NCBI GenBank assembly: GCA_034521595.1 | Contig: JAXHMG010000002.1 | Location: 205,340-269,339 of the forward strand | Source: Gemmatimonadota bacterium | GTDB taxonomy: Bacteria > Gemmatimonadota > Gemmatimonadetes > Longimicrobiales > Gaopeijiaceae | DNA: 64,000 bases | Direction: 5' to 3' | Shown: piece by piece, positions 17,903 through 27,109 of the stretch | Layout of the letters: the number at the start of each line of letters is the position of its first letter | Position numbering within the stretch: position 1 is the stretch's first letter | Notes under the pieces: model-generated | Databases searched by the model: none | The model's input: only the letters and a program-made list of their open reading frames with translations | What the model was told of the DNA's origin: nothing | Translations under genes and position numbers: made by a program

Positions 17903-19315
17903 TCAGACCCGCGCCGGCCCGATATCCACTTCGATATCCCGCCACCGCTCCCGCCGGAACACCACCACGCTGAGCACGGCTCGCGAGCAGTGCCCCAGGA
18001 CGATCGCCAGCCAGATGTGGTGGGCCTCCAGGGTACCGAAGCTCTGGATGGAGAAGCACATGCCCAGGGGAAGGACGACCTGCGACAAGATGGAGATGTA
18101 CATCGGACTCCTGGTGTCGCCCGTGCCCTGCAGCCCGCCCGTGTACGCGAGCGCCACGGTGATGAAGAGTCCGGACACCGCGAGGTACCGGAGCAGCTCG
18201 ACGCTGAGCGCGAGGACCACCTCGTCCTCCATGCCGAAGATGCTCAGCAGGACCTCGGGCACCAACACGAAAGCCATGCCGATCGCGGCGGCGAGCATCA
18301 GCCCGAAGCCGGCCGCGGTCTGAACCGCGCGGCTGGCCCGCGCCGGCTGTCTCGCTCCCAGGTTCTGGCCGGCCACCGCCGCGGTGGCTCCCATGATCCC
18401 CACGGAGGTCCACGTGATGAAGGAGAAGAGCTGCGTGTAGCTCACCACGTACGCGGCCTGGGCCTGCGCGCTCACGGCGAGCGAGCCGACGAAGGCGAGA
18501 AGAAACACGCCGCCGATGTTCATCGCGACGCCCTGGATGCCGGTCGGAAGGCCGAACCGGAAGATCTCCCGGATGATGGCCCAGTCGGGACGGAGCCCCA
18601 TGTCCCGGTGAAAGGCCACGACCCAACGCCCTTCGACGAGCCGCACGAAGGCGTATACCGTGACGAGCGCGGCCGAGAGCACCGTCCCGAGCGCAGCGCC
18701 CGTGGTCCCGAACGCGGGTATCGGTCCGAGCCCACGGATCAGGACCACGTTGAGCACGATGTTGAGCGCCGTGAGCACGACACCGAGACGGAGCGGCGTC
18801 CGGGCGTCGCCCGCGGAGCGGAGCGCCCCTCCGAGCATGAAGAACATCAACATGCCGAAGGAGAAGACGAACATGATCCTCAGGTAGGGGAGCGCTTCGG
18901 CCCGCACCTCGGGGGCGGCATTCACGAGCTCGAGCAACACGGGGGCCGCGAAATACCCGACGGGGGCCAACACACCCACGACCAGGATCACGGAGGTGAG
19001 GAAGGCCTGGTAGACGGTGCAGTTCACCTTCTCCGGCTCGTCCGCGCCGGCGAACCGCGCCACGAGCACGCCCATACCGGTGAAGAGTGAGCTGATGAAG
19101 ACGATCACCACCACCCAGATCTGCCACGAGACGCCGATGGCCGCGTTACCGGTGTAGCCCACGTAATGCCCGACCATCGCGTGATCGACGAGGCCCTGCA
19201 TACCGCCGATGATGTTCTGGAGCATGGTCGGCCACGCCAGCTTCCAGACCGCGCCCTTGATGGGCCCTTCGACGATGGACCGATCGAATCGCCTGGCCGG
19301 GGGCGGGATCCTCAC
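17903..19315 (-). CDS. MATE family efflux transporter
   Basis: About 12 TM segments, with LAWPTM, DHAMVG, RSAGDARTP and QGTGDTRSP motifs. Confidence 0.93.
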   Translation of the reverse strand: MRIPPPARRFDRSIVEGPIKGAVWKLAWPTMLQNIIGGMQGLVDHAMVGHYVGYTGNAAIGVSWQIWVVVIVFISSLFTGMGVLVARFAGADEPEKVNCTVYQAFLTSVILVVGVLAPVGYFAAPVLLELVNAAPEVRAEALPYLRIMFVFSFGMLMFFMLGGALRSAGDARTPLRLGVVLTALNIVLNVVLIRGLGPIPAFGTTGAALGTVLSAALVTVYAFVRLVEGRWVVAFHRDMGLRPDWAIIREIFRFGLPTGIQGVAMNIGGVFLLAFVGSLAVSAQAQAAYVVSYTQLFSFITWTSVGIMGATAAVAGQNLGARQPARASRAVQTAAGFGLMLAAAIGMAFVLVPEVLLSIFGMEDEVVLALSVELLRYLAVSGLFITVALAYTGGLQGTGDTRSPMYISILSQVVLPLGMCFSIQSFGTLEAHHIWLAIVLGHCSRAVLSVVVFRRERWRDIEVDIGPARV

Positions 19316-19446
19316 CGGAGGGCCCCGTCACGGACAGGCTGGATACAGTAAGCGTCCACGGATGAAAGCACGGGTGGTGAGGCGAGGGATGGCCGGCATC
19401 GGCCCGGAAGCTAATCGCTATCCGGCGACCACCGCTATCGAATTGG

Positions 19447-19482
19447 CCAGGGGCCGGCCCGAGCGCTCGGGCCGGCCCCTGG
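19447..19482. terminator. Perfect 36-bp palindrome downstream of pckA (terminator or mRNA-stabilising hairpin)
   Basis: CCAGGGGCCGGCCCGAGCGCTCGGGCCGGCCCCTGG is fully self-complementary. No long U tract follows. Confidence 0.6.
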
Positions 19483-19522
19483 ATCCGTCATCGGGTTTCG
19501 GACGTTGGCAACCCGCTGAGGG

Positions 19523-21142
19523 TCAGCGCGGTCCCGCGCGCTTCACCTCGCCCCCGACCTGATCCTCGAACTGGGCGAAGTTCTCCTTGAACATGCTCGC
19601 GAGCTCCGCGGCCGCGGCGTCGTATTCGCTGCCGTTCTCCCAGGTCTCGCGCGGCTGGAGAACGTTGGACGGCACATGCGGCACCGCGGTCGGCACCGAA
19701 AGACCGAACACCGGATCCTCCGTGAAATCGGCGTGCTCGAGCGATCCATCCAGGGCGGCGGTCACCATCGCGCGAGTATACCAGAGCTTCATGCGCCTGC
19801 CCACGCCGTATCCACCGCCGGACCAGCCGGTGTTCACGAGCCAGACGTTCGCGCCGCTTTCCCGGAGTCGCTCGCCGAGCATCGCGGCGTACACGCCGGG
19901 CTCGCGCGGAAGGAACGGCGCTCCGAAACAGGCGCTGAACGTCGCCTTGGGCTCGGTGACACCTCGCTCCGTGCCGGCGACCTTCGCCGTGTACCCGGAC
20001 AGGAAATGGTACATCGCCTGTTCGGGGGTGAGTCGGGAGATCGGAGGAAGCACGCCGAACGCGTCCGCGGTCAGGAACAGAACGTTCCGGGGGTGGCCTC
20101 CGCGCCCCGGAATGACGGCGTTCGGGATGTAGTGAATCGGGTACGAGGCCCGCGTGTTCTCGGTAATCGAGCCGTCGTCGAAGTCGATCTCGTGGGTGCC
20201 CTCGTCGAGCACGACGTTCTCGAGGACGGTCCCGAACATCTGCGTCGTCTGGTAGATCTCCGGCTCGCCCTCGCGGGAGAGGTTGATCGCCTTCGCGTAG
20301 CAGCCGCCTTCGAAGTTGAAGACCCCACGGGAGCTCCAACCGTGCTCGTCGTCTCCGATCAAGCCCCGGCTCGGGTCGGCGGAGAGGGTCGTCTTTCCGG
20401 TGCCCGACAGGCCGAAGAAGAGCGCCACGTCCCCGTCGTCGCCCACGTTCGCGGAGCAGTGCATCGGAAACACGCCGCGCTCCGGCAGCATGTGGTTGAG
20501 CACGGAAAAGATCGACTTCTTGATCTCTCCGGCGTAACGCGTGCCGGCGATGAGTACCTCACGGGTCGTGAAATTCACCACGATGGCCGTGCTGGACCGC
20601 GTACCGTGCCGCTCGGGATCGGCTTCGAGGTGGGGTGCGTGCAGCACCGTGAAACCGGGCTCGAATCCCGCCATCTCGTCCGCACCCAGGCGGAGAAACA
20701 TGTTGTACGCGAAGAGTGAGTGCCACGGGCTCTCACTCACCACACGAACGTCGATGCCGTACTTCTCGTCGGCGCCGGCACGCGCATCGCGCACGAAGAG
20801 GTCGCGCCCCTGAAGGTGTGCGATCACGTCCTCGCGAAGGGCGTCGAACTGCTCCGGCGCGAGCGGAACGTTGACGTCACCCCAGTCGACCGCCTCCTCG
20901 GTGTTCGCGTCCCGGACAATGAATCGATCGTTCGGGGAACGTCCGGTATGCGGAGCCGTCACGGTGGCGATCGCGCCCATATGCGCGATCCGGCCGTCCT
21001 CCCGCCGAAGGGACTCCTCGTAGAGTCGCGCGGGAGAGAGGTTCCAGTATACCTCGCCCGTCGGCTCGAGGCCGTGACGCTTCAGGTCGTAACCTCCACG
21101 GCCCGTCGGGGCGACGGGATGCTCGATGGTCCGGGTCGTCAT
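19523..21142 (-). CDS. pckA: Phosphoenolpyruvate carboxykinase (ATP)
   Basis: TGRSP, YAGEIKK, MHCSAN, GLSGTGKTTLS, LIGDDEHGW and NFEGGCYAK. AGGAG RBS before ATG 21142. Confidence 0.97.
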   Translation of the reverse strand: MTTRTIEHPVAPTGRGGYDLKRHGLEPTGEVYWNLSPARLYEESLRREDGRIAHMGAIATVTAPHTGRSPNDRFIVRDANTEEAVDWGDVNVPLAPEQFDALREDVIAHLQGRDLFVRDARAGADEKYGIDVRVVSESPWHSLFAYNMFLRLGADEMAGFEPGFTVLHAPHLEADPERHGTRSSTAIVVNFTTREVLIAGTRYAGEIKKSIFSVLNHMLPERGVFPMHCSANVGDDGDVALFFGLSGTGKTTLSADPSRGLIGDDEHGWSSRGVFNFEGGCYAKAINLSREGEPEIYQTTQMFGTVLENVVLDEGTHEIDFDDGSITENTRASYPIHYIPNAVIPGRGGHPRNVLFLTADAFGVLPPISRLTPEQAMYHFLSGYTAKVAGTERGVTEPKATFSACFGAPFLPREPGVYAAMLGERLRESGANVWLVNTGWSGGGYGVGRRMKLWYTRAMVTAALDGSLEHADFTEDPVFGLSVPTAVPHVPSNVLQPRETWENGSEYDAAAAELASMFKENFAQFEDQVGGEVKRAGPR

Positions 21143-21268
21143 GTATGCTCTCCTGAGAGCTGTATCCGGCTCCACCGCTCACGACTTGTCCCCAAGCCCA
21201 GCAGCCACCGGATGTTCATGGTCCGCATAACGAAAGCACCGGTCGGGGGGAGGCCGACCAGAAAGGCA

Positions 21269-23539
21269 TTAAACTTGGCCATTTCTCCCCTGCCAGTCCA
21301 CCGCGGCCACCGTCGCCAGGTTCATGACGTCCTGCACGGAGCAGCCCCGCTGCAGGATGTGGACGGGCCGGTCCATCCCGAGCAACACCGGCCCGATCAC
21401 GTCCGCCCCACCGAGCTTGTCCAGGAGCTTGTAGGCGGCGTTCGCGGCCGAAAGGCGTGAGAACACGAGCACGTTGGCGGGTCCCTGCAGGTTGCTGAAC
21501 GGATAGATGTGGCGGAGCTTCACGGCATCGACCGCCGTATCCGCCTGCATCTCCCCGTCGATCTCGAGGTCGGGCTCGGCGGCCCGAACCAACTCCACGG
21601 CCCGTGCCACCCGGGTCGCCTCGTCGTGCGTGGACGATCCGAAGTTGGAGAACGAGACCATGGCGACCCGGGGCGTGATGCCGAGCTCCCGCACGAACTT
21701 CGCCGTCTGGAGCGCGATCTCGGCCAGCACCCGCTCGTCCGGCTCGATGTTGACCGTGGTGTCCGCGAAGAAGACGAGCTCCCGGTTCGGGAAGGCGAGC
21801 ATGTAGAGCCCCGCGACCAGGCCACCCCCGCCCTCCTCGGGCCCGATGACCTGGAGGCACGGCCGGAGCACTTCCGCGTAGTTCGCTTCGATTCCGGCGA
21901 CCAACGCATCGGCCTTTCCGTGCCGGAGCATGCTCGCCGCGAAATAGATCGGCTTTTGCAGGTTCCACTGCGCCTCCGCGAGGGTGAGCCCCCGGCGCCC
22001 GCGCAACCTGAAGAGCTCGGCCGCGTACCGGTGCCCCTCTTCCTCGAGGGTCGCGGCGTGCAGGATCTCCACGCCGTGCAGGTTCACCCCGAGCGCTTCG
22101 GCCTTCTCGGCGACCCGCGGCGCGCGCCCCATCAGCACCGGGTGGACCGTCCCCTCCTCGACGAGCTGGGCGGCCGCGCGGATGACCGTGTCGTTGTGGC
22201 CTTCCGGAAATACGACGCGAGCCGGCTTGCGCCGCGCGCGGTTCGTCATCCACCGCATGACCTCCCGGCCCGGTCCGAGACTCGCCCGCAGGCGATCCCG
22301 GTACTCGTCCGGATCGAGCTCGGTGCGCGCGAGCCCGCTTTCCATGGCCGCCTCCGCCACCGCCGGAGCAACGTGGAAGAGCACGCGGTGATCGAACGGC
22401 TTCGGAATCAGGTAGTCCCGCCCGAAGGCGATCTCGGAGCCGTCGTACGCGCCCCGCACCGTGTCCGGCACCTCGGCCCGGGCCAGGTCGGCGAGCGCGT
22501 GGGTCGCGGCGAGCATCATGTGATCGTCGACGCCCCGGGCCCGCACGTCCAACGCGCCCCGGAAGATGAAGGGGAAGCCGAGCACGTTGTTGACCTGGTT
22601 CGGGTAGTCCGAGCGCCCGGTCGCCATGATCGCGTCGTCCCGGACTTCGGCCACTTCTTCCGGCAGAACCTCCGGGTCCGGGTTGGCCAGCGCGAAGATG
22701 ATGGGATCCTTCGCCATGGACGCGACCATCTCGCTCGTCACGACCCCCCGGATCGACAGCCCGACGAAGACGTCGGCTCCATCCATGGCATCGGCCAAGG
22801 TGCGGCGGTCGGACTTCACGGCGAAGGGAAGCTTGTACTCGTTCATCCCCTCCTCGCGACCCTCGTAGATGACGCCCTTCGAGTCGACGATGAGGATATG
22901 CTCGGGTGAAACTCCGAGCCGGCGGAAGTGCTCGGCCGTCGAGAGAGCGGAGGCGCCGGCCCCGCTGAACACGACGGAAACGCTCCCGATGTCCTTTCCC
23001 GTGACCTCGAGCGCGTTCACCAACGCCGCACCGGCGATGATCGCCGTGCCGTGCTGATCGTCGTGGAAGACCGGAATGTCGAGGGATTCCTTCAGCCGAC
23101 GCTCGATCACGAAGCAGTCCGGCGCGGAGATATCCTCGAGGTTGATCCCTCCGACGGTCGGCTCCAGGAGCTCACAGAACCGGATCACCTCCTCCGGATC
23201 TTCGGAATCGACTTCGATGTCGAACACGTCGACCCCGGCGAACCGCTTGAAGAGGACCCCCTTCCCCTCCATGACCGGCTTGGCGGCCGAGGGCCCGATG
23301 TTGCCGAGCCCCAGCACCGCGGTTCCGTTCGAGACGACGGCCACGAGGTTGCCCCTCGCCGTGTAGCGGAACACGTTTTGCGGATCTTCGTGAATCGCGC
23401 GACAGGGCTCGGCCACTCCCGGCGAGTAGGCAAGGGAAAGGTCACGCTGGGTCGCCACGGGCTTCGTCGCGACGACTTCGATCTTTCCCGGACGGGGTTG
23501 CTCGTGGTATTCCAGGGCTTCCGTGCGCCGGTCGGGCAT
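21269..23539 (-). CDS. maeB: NADP-dependent malic enzyme with C-terminal PTA-like domain
   Basis: [26 protein letters not shown] and [11 protein letters not shown], followed by a PTA domain (DGEMQAD). Confidence 0.96.
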   Translation of the reverse strand: MPDRRTEALEYHEQPRPGKIEVVATKPVATQRDLSLAYSPGVAEPCRAIHEDPQNVFRYTARGNLVAVVSNGTAVLGLGNIGPSAAKPVMEGKGVLFKRFAGVDVFDIEVDSEDPEEVIRFCELLEPTVGGINLEDISAPDCFVIERRLKESLDIPVFHDDQHGTAIIAGAALVNALEVTGKDIGSVSVVFSGAGASALSTAEHFRRLGVSPEHILIVDSKGVIYEGREEGMNEYKLPFAVKSDRRTLADAMDGADVFVGLSIRGVVTSEMVASMAKDPIIFALANPDPEVLPEEVAEVRDDAIMATGRSDYPNQVNNVLGFPFIFRGALDVRARGVDDHMMLAATHALADLARAEVPDTVRGAYDGSEIAFGRDYLIPKPFDHRVLFHVAPAVAEAAMESGLARTELDPDEYRDRLRASLGPGREVMRWMTNRARRKPARVVFPEGHNDTVIRAAAQLVEEGTVHPVLMGRAPRVAEKAEALGVNLHGVEILHAATLEEEGHRYAAELFRLRGRRGLTLAEAQWNLQKPIYFAASMLRHGKADALVAGIEANYAEVLRPCLQVIGPEEGGGGLVAGLYMLAFPNRELVFFADTTVNIEPDERVLAEIALQTAKFVRELGITPRVAMVSFSNFGSSTHDEATRVARAVELVRAAEPDLEIDGEMQADTAVDAVKLRHIYPFSNLQGPANVLVFSRLSAANAAYKLLDKLGGADVIGPVLLGMDRPVHILQRGCSVQDVMNLATVAAVDWQGRNGQV

Positions 23540-23623
23540 CAATGAGCGACTCCGCTAACATTCGTCGATGAAGAAAGAAGAGAGGGAGCTTGACCCCGGG
23601 CGACCCCGGAATCAAGGGAATCC

Positions 23624-24928
23624 ATGCCAGCGAGGTCCCATGAAGCGCGTAGAGACGGGAATCCGGATTTGAGTGCCTCTGCGCGCCACGTCGTCGTCAC
23701 CGGTCTCGGCCCGGTCACCGCGGTCGGCTCCGGCGTCCCGGCGCTCGAGGAGGGTCTTCGGGCGGCACGCTCGCCGATCCGGGCTGCGAGCACGTTCGAC
23801 GTGGCGGCCTTTCGGAGTCGCATGGCCGCCGAGCTCCGCGACTTCGACGCAACCGCGTACCTCGATGCCAAGCAGGCGCGGAGGCTCGACCGGTTCGTCC
23901 AGCTCACCCTCGCATCGGCACACCTGGCCGTGGACGATGCCGGCGTGAGCCGAGACATGCTGGCCGGTGCCCGCACGGCGGTGATGATGGGCTCGGCGAT
24001 GGGCGGCATCGCCCACGCGGAGACCCAGCTTCGGGCGTTCATCTCCGACGGAGCCCGCGCCATCGACCCGCGCATCGCGACGACCACGTTCGCCGGCGCC
24101 GCGAGCTGCCACATCGCCATCGAGTACGGGATCACGGGCCCCAACGCCACGAACGCCATGAGCTGTGCGGCGGGAACCATGGCCATAGGGGAAGCGGCGC
24201 GCCTCATTCGCACGGGCGAAGTCGACGTGGCGTTGGCGGGCGGAGCCGACGCGCCCCTCGCGCCCGTGTGCTACGGGGCGTTCGCGTCGATGCGGGCCAT
24301 GAGCAAGCGGAACGACGAACCCGAACGGGCCTGCCGGCCCTTCGACCGGGACCGTGACGGGTTCGTCATGGGCGAAGGCGCCTGCGTGCTCGTGCTCGAG
24401 GAGGCCGAGCACGCCCGTGCGCGAGGAGCCCACGTCTACGCGGAGATCGGGGGGTACGCGAGCAACAACGACGCATATCACATGGCCGCCCCCCTCCCGG
24501 ACGGCTCCCGCGCCGCCGCCTGCATGAGCGCGACGATCGAGGCCGGGGGGCTCACCCCCGGTGACATCGACCACGTCAACGCGCACGGCTCCTCCACCCC
24601 GCTCAACGATTCCACGGAGAGCAGCGCCGTCCGCCAAGCGTTGGGTCCTCGTGCCGACCACGTCTCGGTAACGGCCACGAAGCCCTATCACGGCCACGCG
24701 CTCGGCGCGTCCGGCGCCATCGAAGCGGCCATCGCGTGCCTGTCGATACGAGATGGCTGGGTCCCGCCGGTGCTCAACCTCGAGCAACCAGGAGAGGACT
24801 GCGACCTCGACTACGTGACGGATCCTGCCGGCCGTGACCAGCCCGTACGGGCGGTGCTTTCGAACTCGTTCGGGTTCGGAGGAATCAACGCGGTGCTCCT
24901 TCTCGTCGCGCCCGACCAGGCCGGCTGA
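23624..24928 (+). CDS. fabF: Beta-ketoacyl-ACP synthase II family protein
   Basis: MSCAAG, RPFDRDRDGFVMGEG, NAHGSST, GHALGASG and SNSFGFGG. The true start may be TTG 23669. Confidence 0.88.
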   Translation: MPARSHEARRDGNPDLSASARHVVVTGLGPVTAVGSGVPALEEGLRAARSPIRAASTFDVAAFRSRMAAELRDFDATAYLDAKQARRLDRFVQLTLASAHLAVDDAGVSRDMLAGARTAVMMGSAMGGIAHAETQLRAFISDGARAIDPRIATTTFAGAASCHIAIEYGITGPNATNAMSCAAGTMAIGEAARLIRTGEVDVALAGGADAPLAPVCYGAFASMRAMSKRNDEPERACRPFDRDRDGFVMGEGACVLVLEEAEHARARGAHVYAEIGGYASNNDAYHMAAPLPDGSRAAACMSATIEAGGLTPGDIDHVNAHGSSTPLNDSTESSAVRQALGPRADHVSVTATKPYHGHALGASGAIEAAIACLSIRDGWVPPVLNLEQPGEDCDLDYVTDPAGRDQPVRAVLSNSFGFGGINAVLLLVAPDQAG

Positions 24929-24946
24929 GCGGAGCGACCCCAACCC

Positions 24947-25957
24947 GTGCCGGAGCTCACCCCCGAGCTGTGGATGCTCCTGCCGCTGGCGCTCGCGGCG
25001 GGCATCGACCTCTACCTGACCCTGCTGATCGTGGGTGCCGCGCCCACGCTGCCGTGGTGGCAGCACCCGCTGCCGGGCGCGCTGGGGGACCTCGACCATC
25101 CGCTCATCGTCGTGGGCGTCGGGTTCCTGTACATATTCGAGCTCCTCGCGGAGCGCCGTCCCGCGTCGGGGCTCGTGTGGAACGCCGTGCACGCGCTGAT
25201 CCGGCCCGTCTCCGGCGCGCTGCTCACGGCGCTGCTCCTGCACGGCCAAGCCACCGAGGTCGTGATCTCGGGCTCGCTGGCCGGCGGGGCGTTGACGGCG
25301 CTGTCGCACGCCGTCCGGTCCGGCGGCCCGATCGTCCGATGGCTCGACCCCTCTCCGACGCCTCCCCCACGGCTGGTCTCCGTCCTCGAGGACGTGCTCG
25401 TCCTCGGTCTCGTCATCGCGGTGCTGGACGCACCCCGACTCGCGTTCGGAGCCGGGTTGGCATTCGCCGTCTTCGCCATTCCGGGGGCCGCCACGGCGAT
25501 GCGGGCATTCGCTTTCGCCATCCGCCTCACCGGGGAGCGTGTGTTCCAGACCATCCGCGGGCGGAGCTGGACCACGCCCGACCGTCTGCCCGACTGGGTC
25601 CGCTCCTCCCTGGAAGACGACATCATGGCCCCCGGTGGCGGCCTCCGGGGGGCGCGGGCGGCCCTCGTCCGCATGCCGGGACTCCGCCGGCTCGTGACCG
25701 GATGGGTGGTGGTCCGGGGGGACGACCCGGCGTTCGTGCACGGCCGCCGGGGTGGCGTCGGACGGCGGGTGGAGCTCGGCTCCCTGCAGCCATGCGGCGT
25801 CAGCGATCACGACTTCTTCCGGACGTTGGACCTCCGGGACGAAAGCGGGAACGCAGTGCGCATCGTCTTCTTCGTGAACGGTCCGAGCGCCGCGTCGCTC
25901 GCGGCCGAGTTCGCCCTCGAAGCGTCGAGCGCGGGAGCCCCCGCCGCCCCATCATAG
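24947..25957 (+). CDS. DUF4126-like membrane protein with a C-terminal extension
   Basis: AAGIDLY, WNAVHALIRP and VSVLED motifs with multiple TM segments. Confidence 0.7.
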   Translation: MPELTPELWMLLPLALAAGIDLYLTLLIVGAAPTLPWWQHPLPGALGDLDHPLIVVGVGFLYIFELLAERRPASGLVWNAVHALIRPVSGALLTALLLHGQATEVVISGSLAGGALTALSHAVRSGGPIVRWLDPSPTPPPRLVSVLEDVLVLGLVIAVLDAPRLAFGAGLAFAVFAIPGAATAMRAFAFAIRLTGERVFQTIRGRSWTTPDRLPDWVRSSLEDDIMAPGGGLRGARAALVRMPGLRRLVTGWVVVRGDDPAFVHGRRGGVGRRVELGSLQPCGVSDHDFFRTLDLRDESGNAVRIVFFVNGPSAASLAAEFALEASSAGAPAAPS

Positions 25958-25992
25958 GCGCGGTTCGTCGACGTTCCCGCGACAAAAAACCT

Positions 25993-26021
25993 TTGACCGC
26001 GGAATCGGCGGTCGGTACCTT
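25993..26021 (+). promoter_or_regulatory. Candidate sigma-70 promoter of sigma paralogue 2, with an overlapping inverted repeat
   Basis: A6 tract, then TTGACC-N17-TACCTT. GACCGC-N7-GCGGTC overlaps the -35 box and spacer. Confidence 0.6.
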
Positions 26022-26093
26022 GAATTTCACGCCTTAGCACTTCGGGCCGGCTGTTCGTGCCCCGACGGTCCCGCTCACGGACCCGATCGTCGC

Positions 26094-27014
26094 GTGCCCG
26101 ACATCGCCGTGCTGCGACTCGTTCGACCCGAACCCGAGGAATCGATCAAACGTATGTTTTCTTCCTCCCGCGGCTTGGATTCGTTCGACCAGTACCTGCA
26201 GGACGTGGAAAAATACCCCTTGATCCAGGACCCCCGGGAGGAGCGAGAGCTCGCCCGGCGCGCGCGCGTCGGGGACAAGGAAGCGGCCGAGCGCCTGGTG
26301 ACGGCCAATCTCCGCTTCGTGATCTCGTACGTGAAGAAGTATCAGGGTCGGGGGCTCGGGCTCGCCGAGCTCGTCTGCATCGGGAACGAGGGGTTGCTCA
26401 AGGCGGTGAAGAAGTTCGATCCCGACAAGGGCGTGAAGTTCATCTCCTACGCCGTGTGGTGGATCCGGCAGACGGTGCTGCAGGCGCTCGCCGAGCAGAC
26501 CCGCTCGGTGCGCATCCCGCTCAACCAGAACTCGAACCTCGCCCGGCTGGCGCGGACCGACACGCAGCTCACTCAGAGTCTCGGCCGCTCTCCGACCGAT
26601 CAGGAGATCGCCAGCGAGATGGAAGAGCCGGTGGAAACGGTGCGGGCTCTGCGACGGGTCGCGGCGTCCGAGCTCAGCCTGGACGCCCCCATCGACCGGG
26701 GGGATCGCGATAGCGCGAGCTTCGGGGAACGGTTCGCCGGAGCGGAAGCGGAGGACATCGAGGAGGATATCGAGGCCACGGCCCGCCGTGATTTCCTCGA
26801 GACGATGTTCGAGACCTACCTCACCGAGCGCGAGCGCAAGATCCTCTACCTCTACTACGGCCTCGACGACGGCGAAGAGCGAACCCTGGAGGAGATCGGC
26901 ACGCTCCTCGGCGTGACCCGGGAGCGCATCCGCCAGATCCGGAACCGGGCCTTCGAGAAGCTCCGCGATAGCCCACAGGGGGAATCGCTCTCGGGATTCT
27001 GGACGCCGAACTGA
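26094..27014 (+). CDS. Sigma-70 family RNA polymerase sigma factor, RpoD/SigA-type without region 1.1 (paralogue 2)
   Basis: ANLRFVISYVKKY, KFISYAVWWIRQ and TLEEIG...TRERIRQ. Start is GTG 26094 or ATG 26154. Confidence 0.92.
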   Translation: MPDIAVLRLVRPEPEESIKRMFSSSRGLDSFDQYLQDVEKYPLIQDPREERELARRARVGDKEAAERLVTANLRFVISYVKKYQGRGLGLAELVCIGNEGLLKAVKKFDPDKGVKFISYAVWWIRQTVLQALAEQTRSVRIPLNQNSNLARLARTDTQLTQSLGRSPTDQEIASEMEEPVETVRALRRVAASELSLDAPIDRGDRDSASFGERFAGAEAEDIEEDIEATARRDFLETMFETYLTERERKILYLYYGLDDGEERTLEEIGTLLGVTRERIRQIRNRAFEKLRDSPQGESLSGFWTPN

Positions 27015-27109
27015 TCCCCGGCAGCGAGCGAGGCGACCCTACCGCTCACGCGCCCCCCGGGTTCGGCGCCGCCCGACCCCGAACCCCGCTCCCCGGACGC
27101 CTCGCACGG

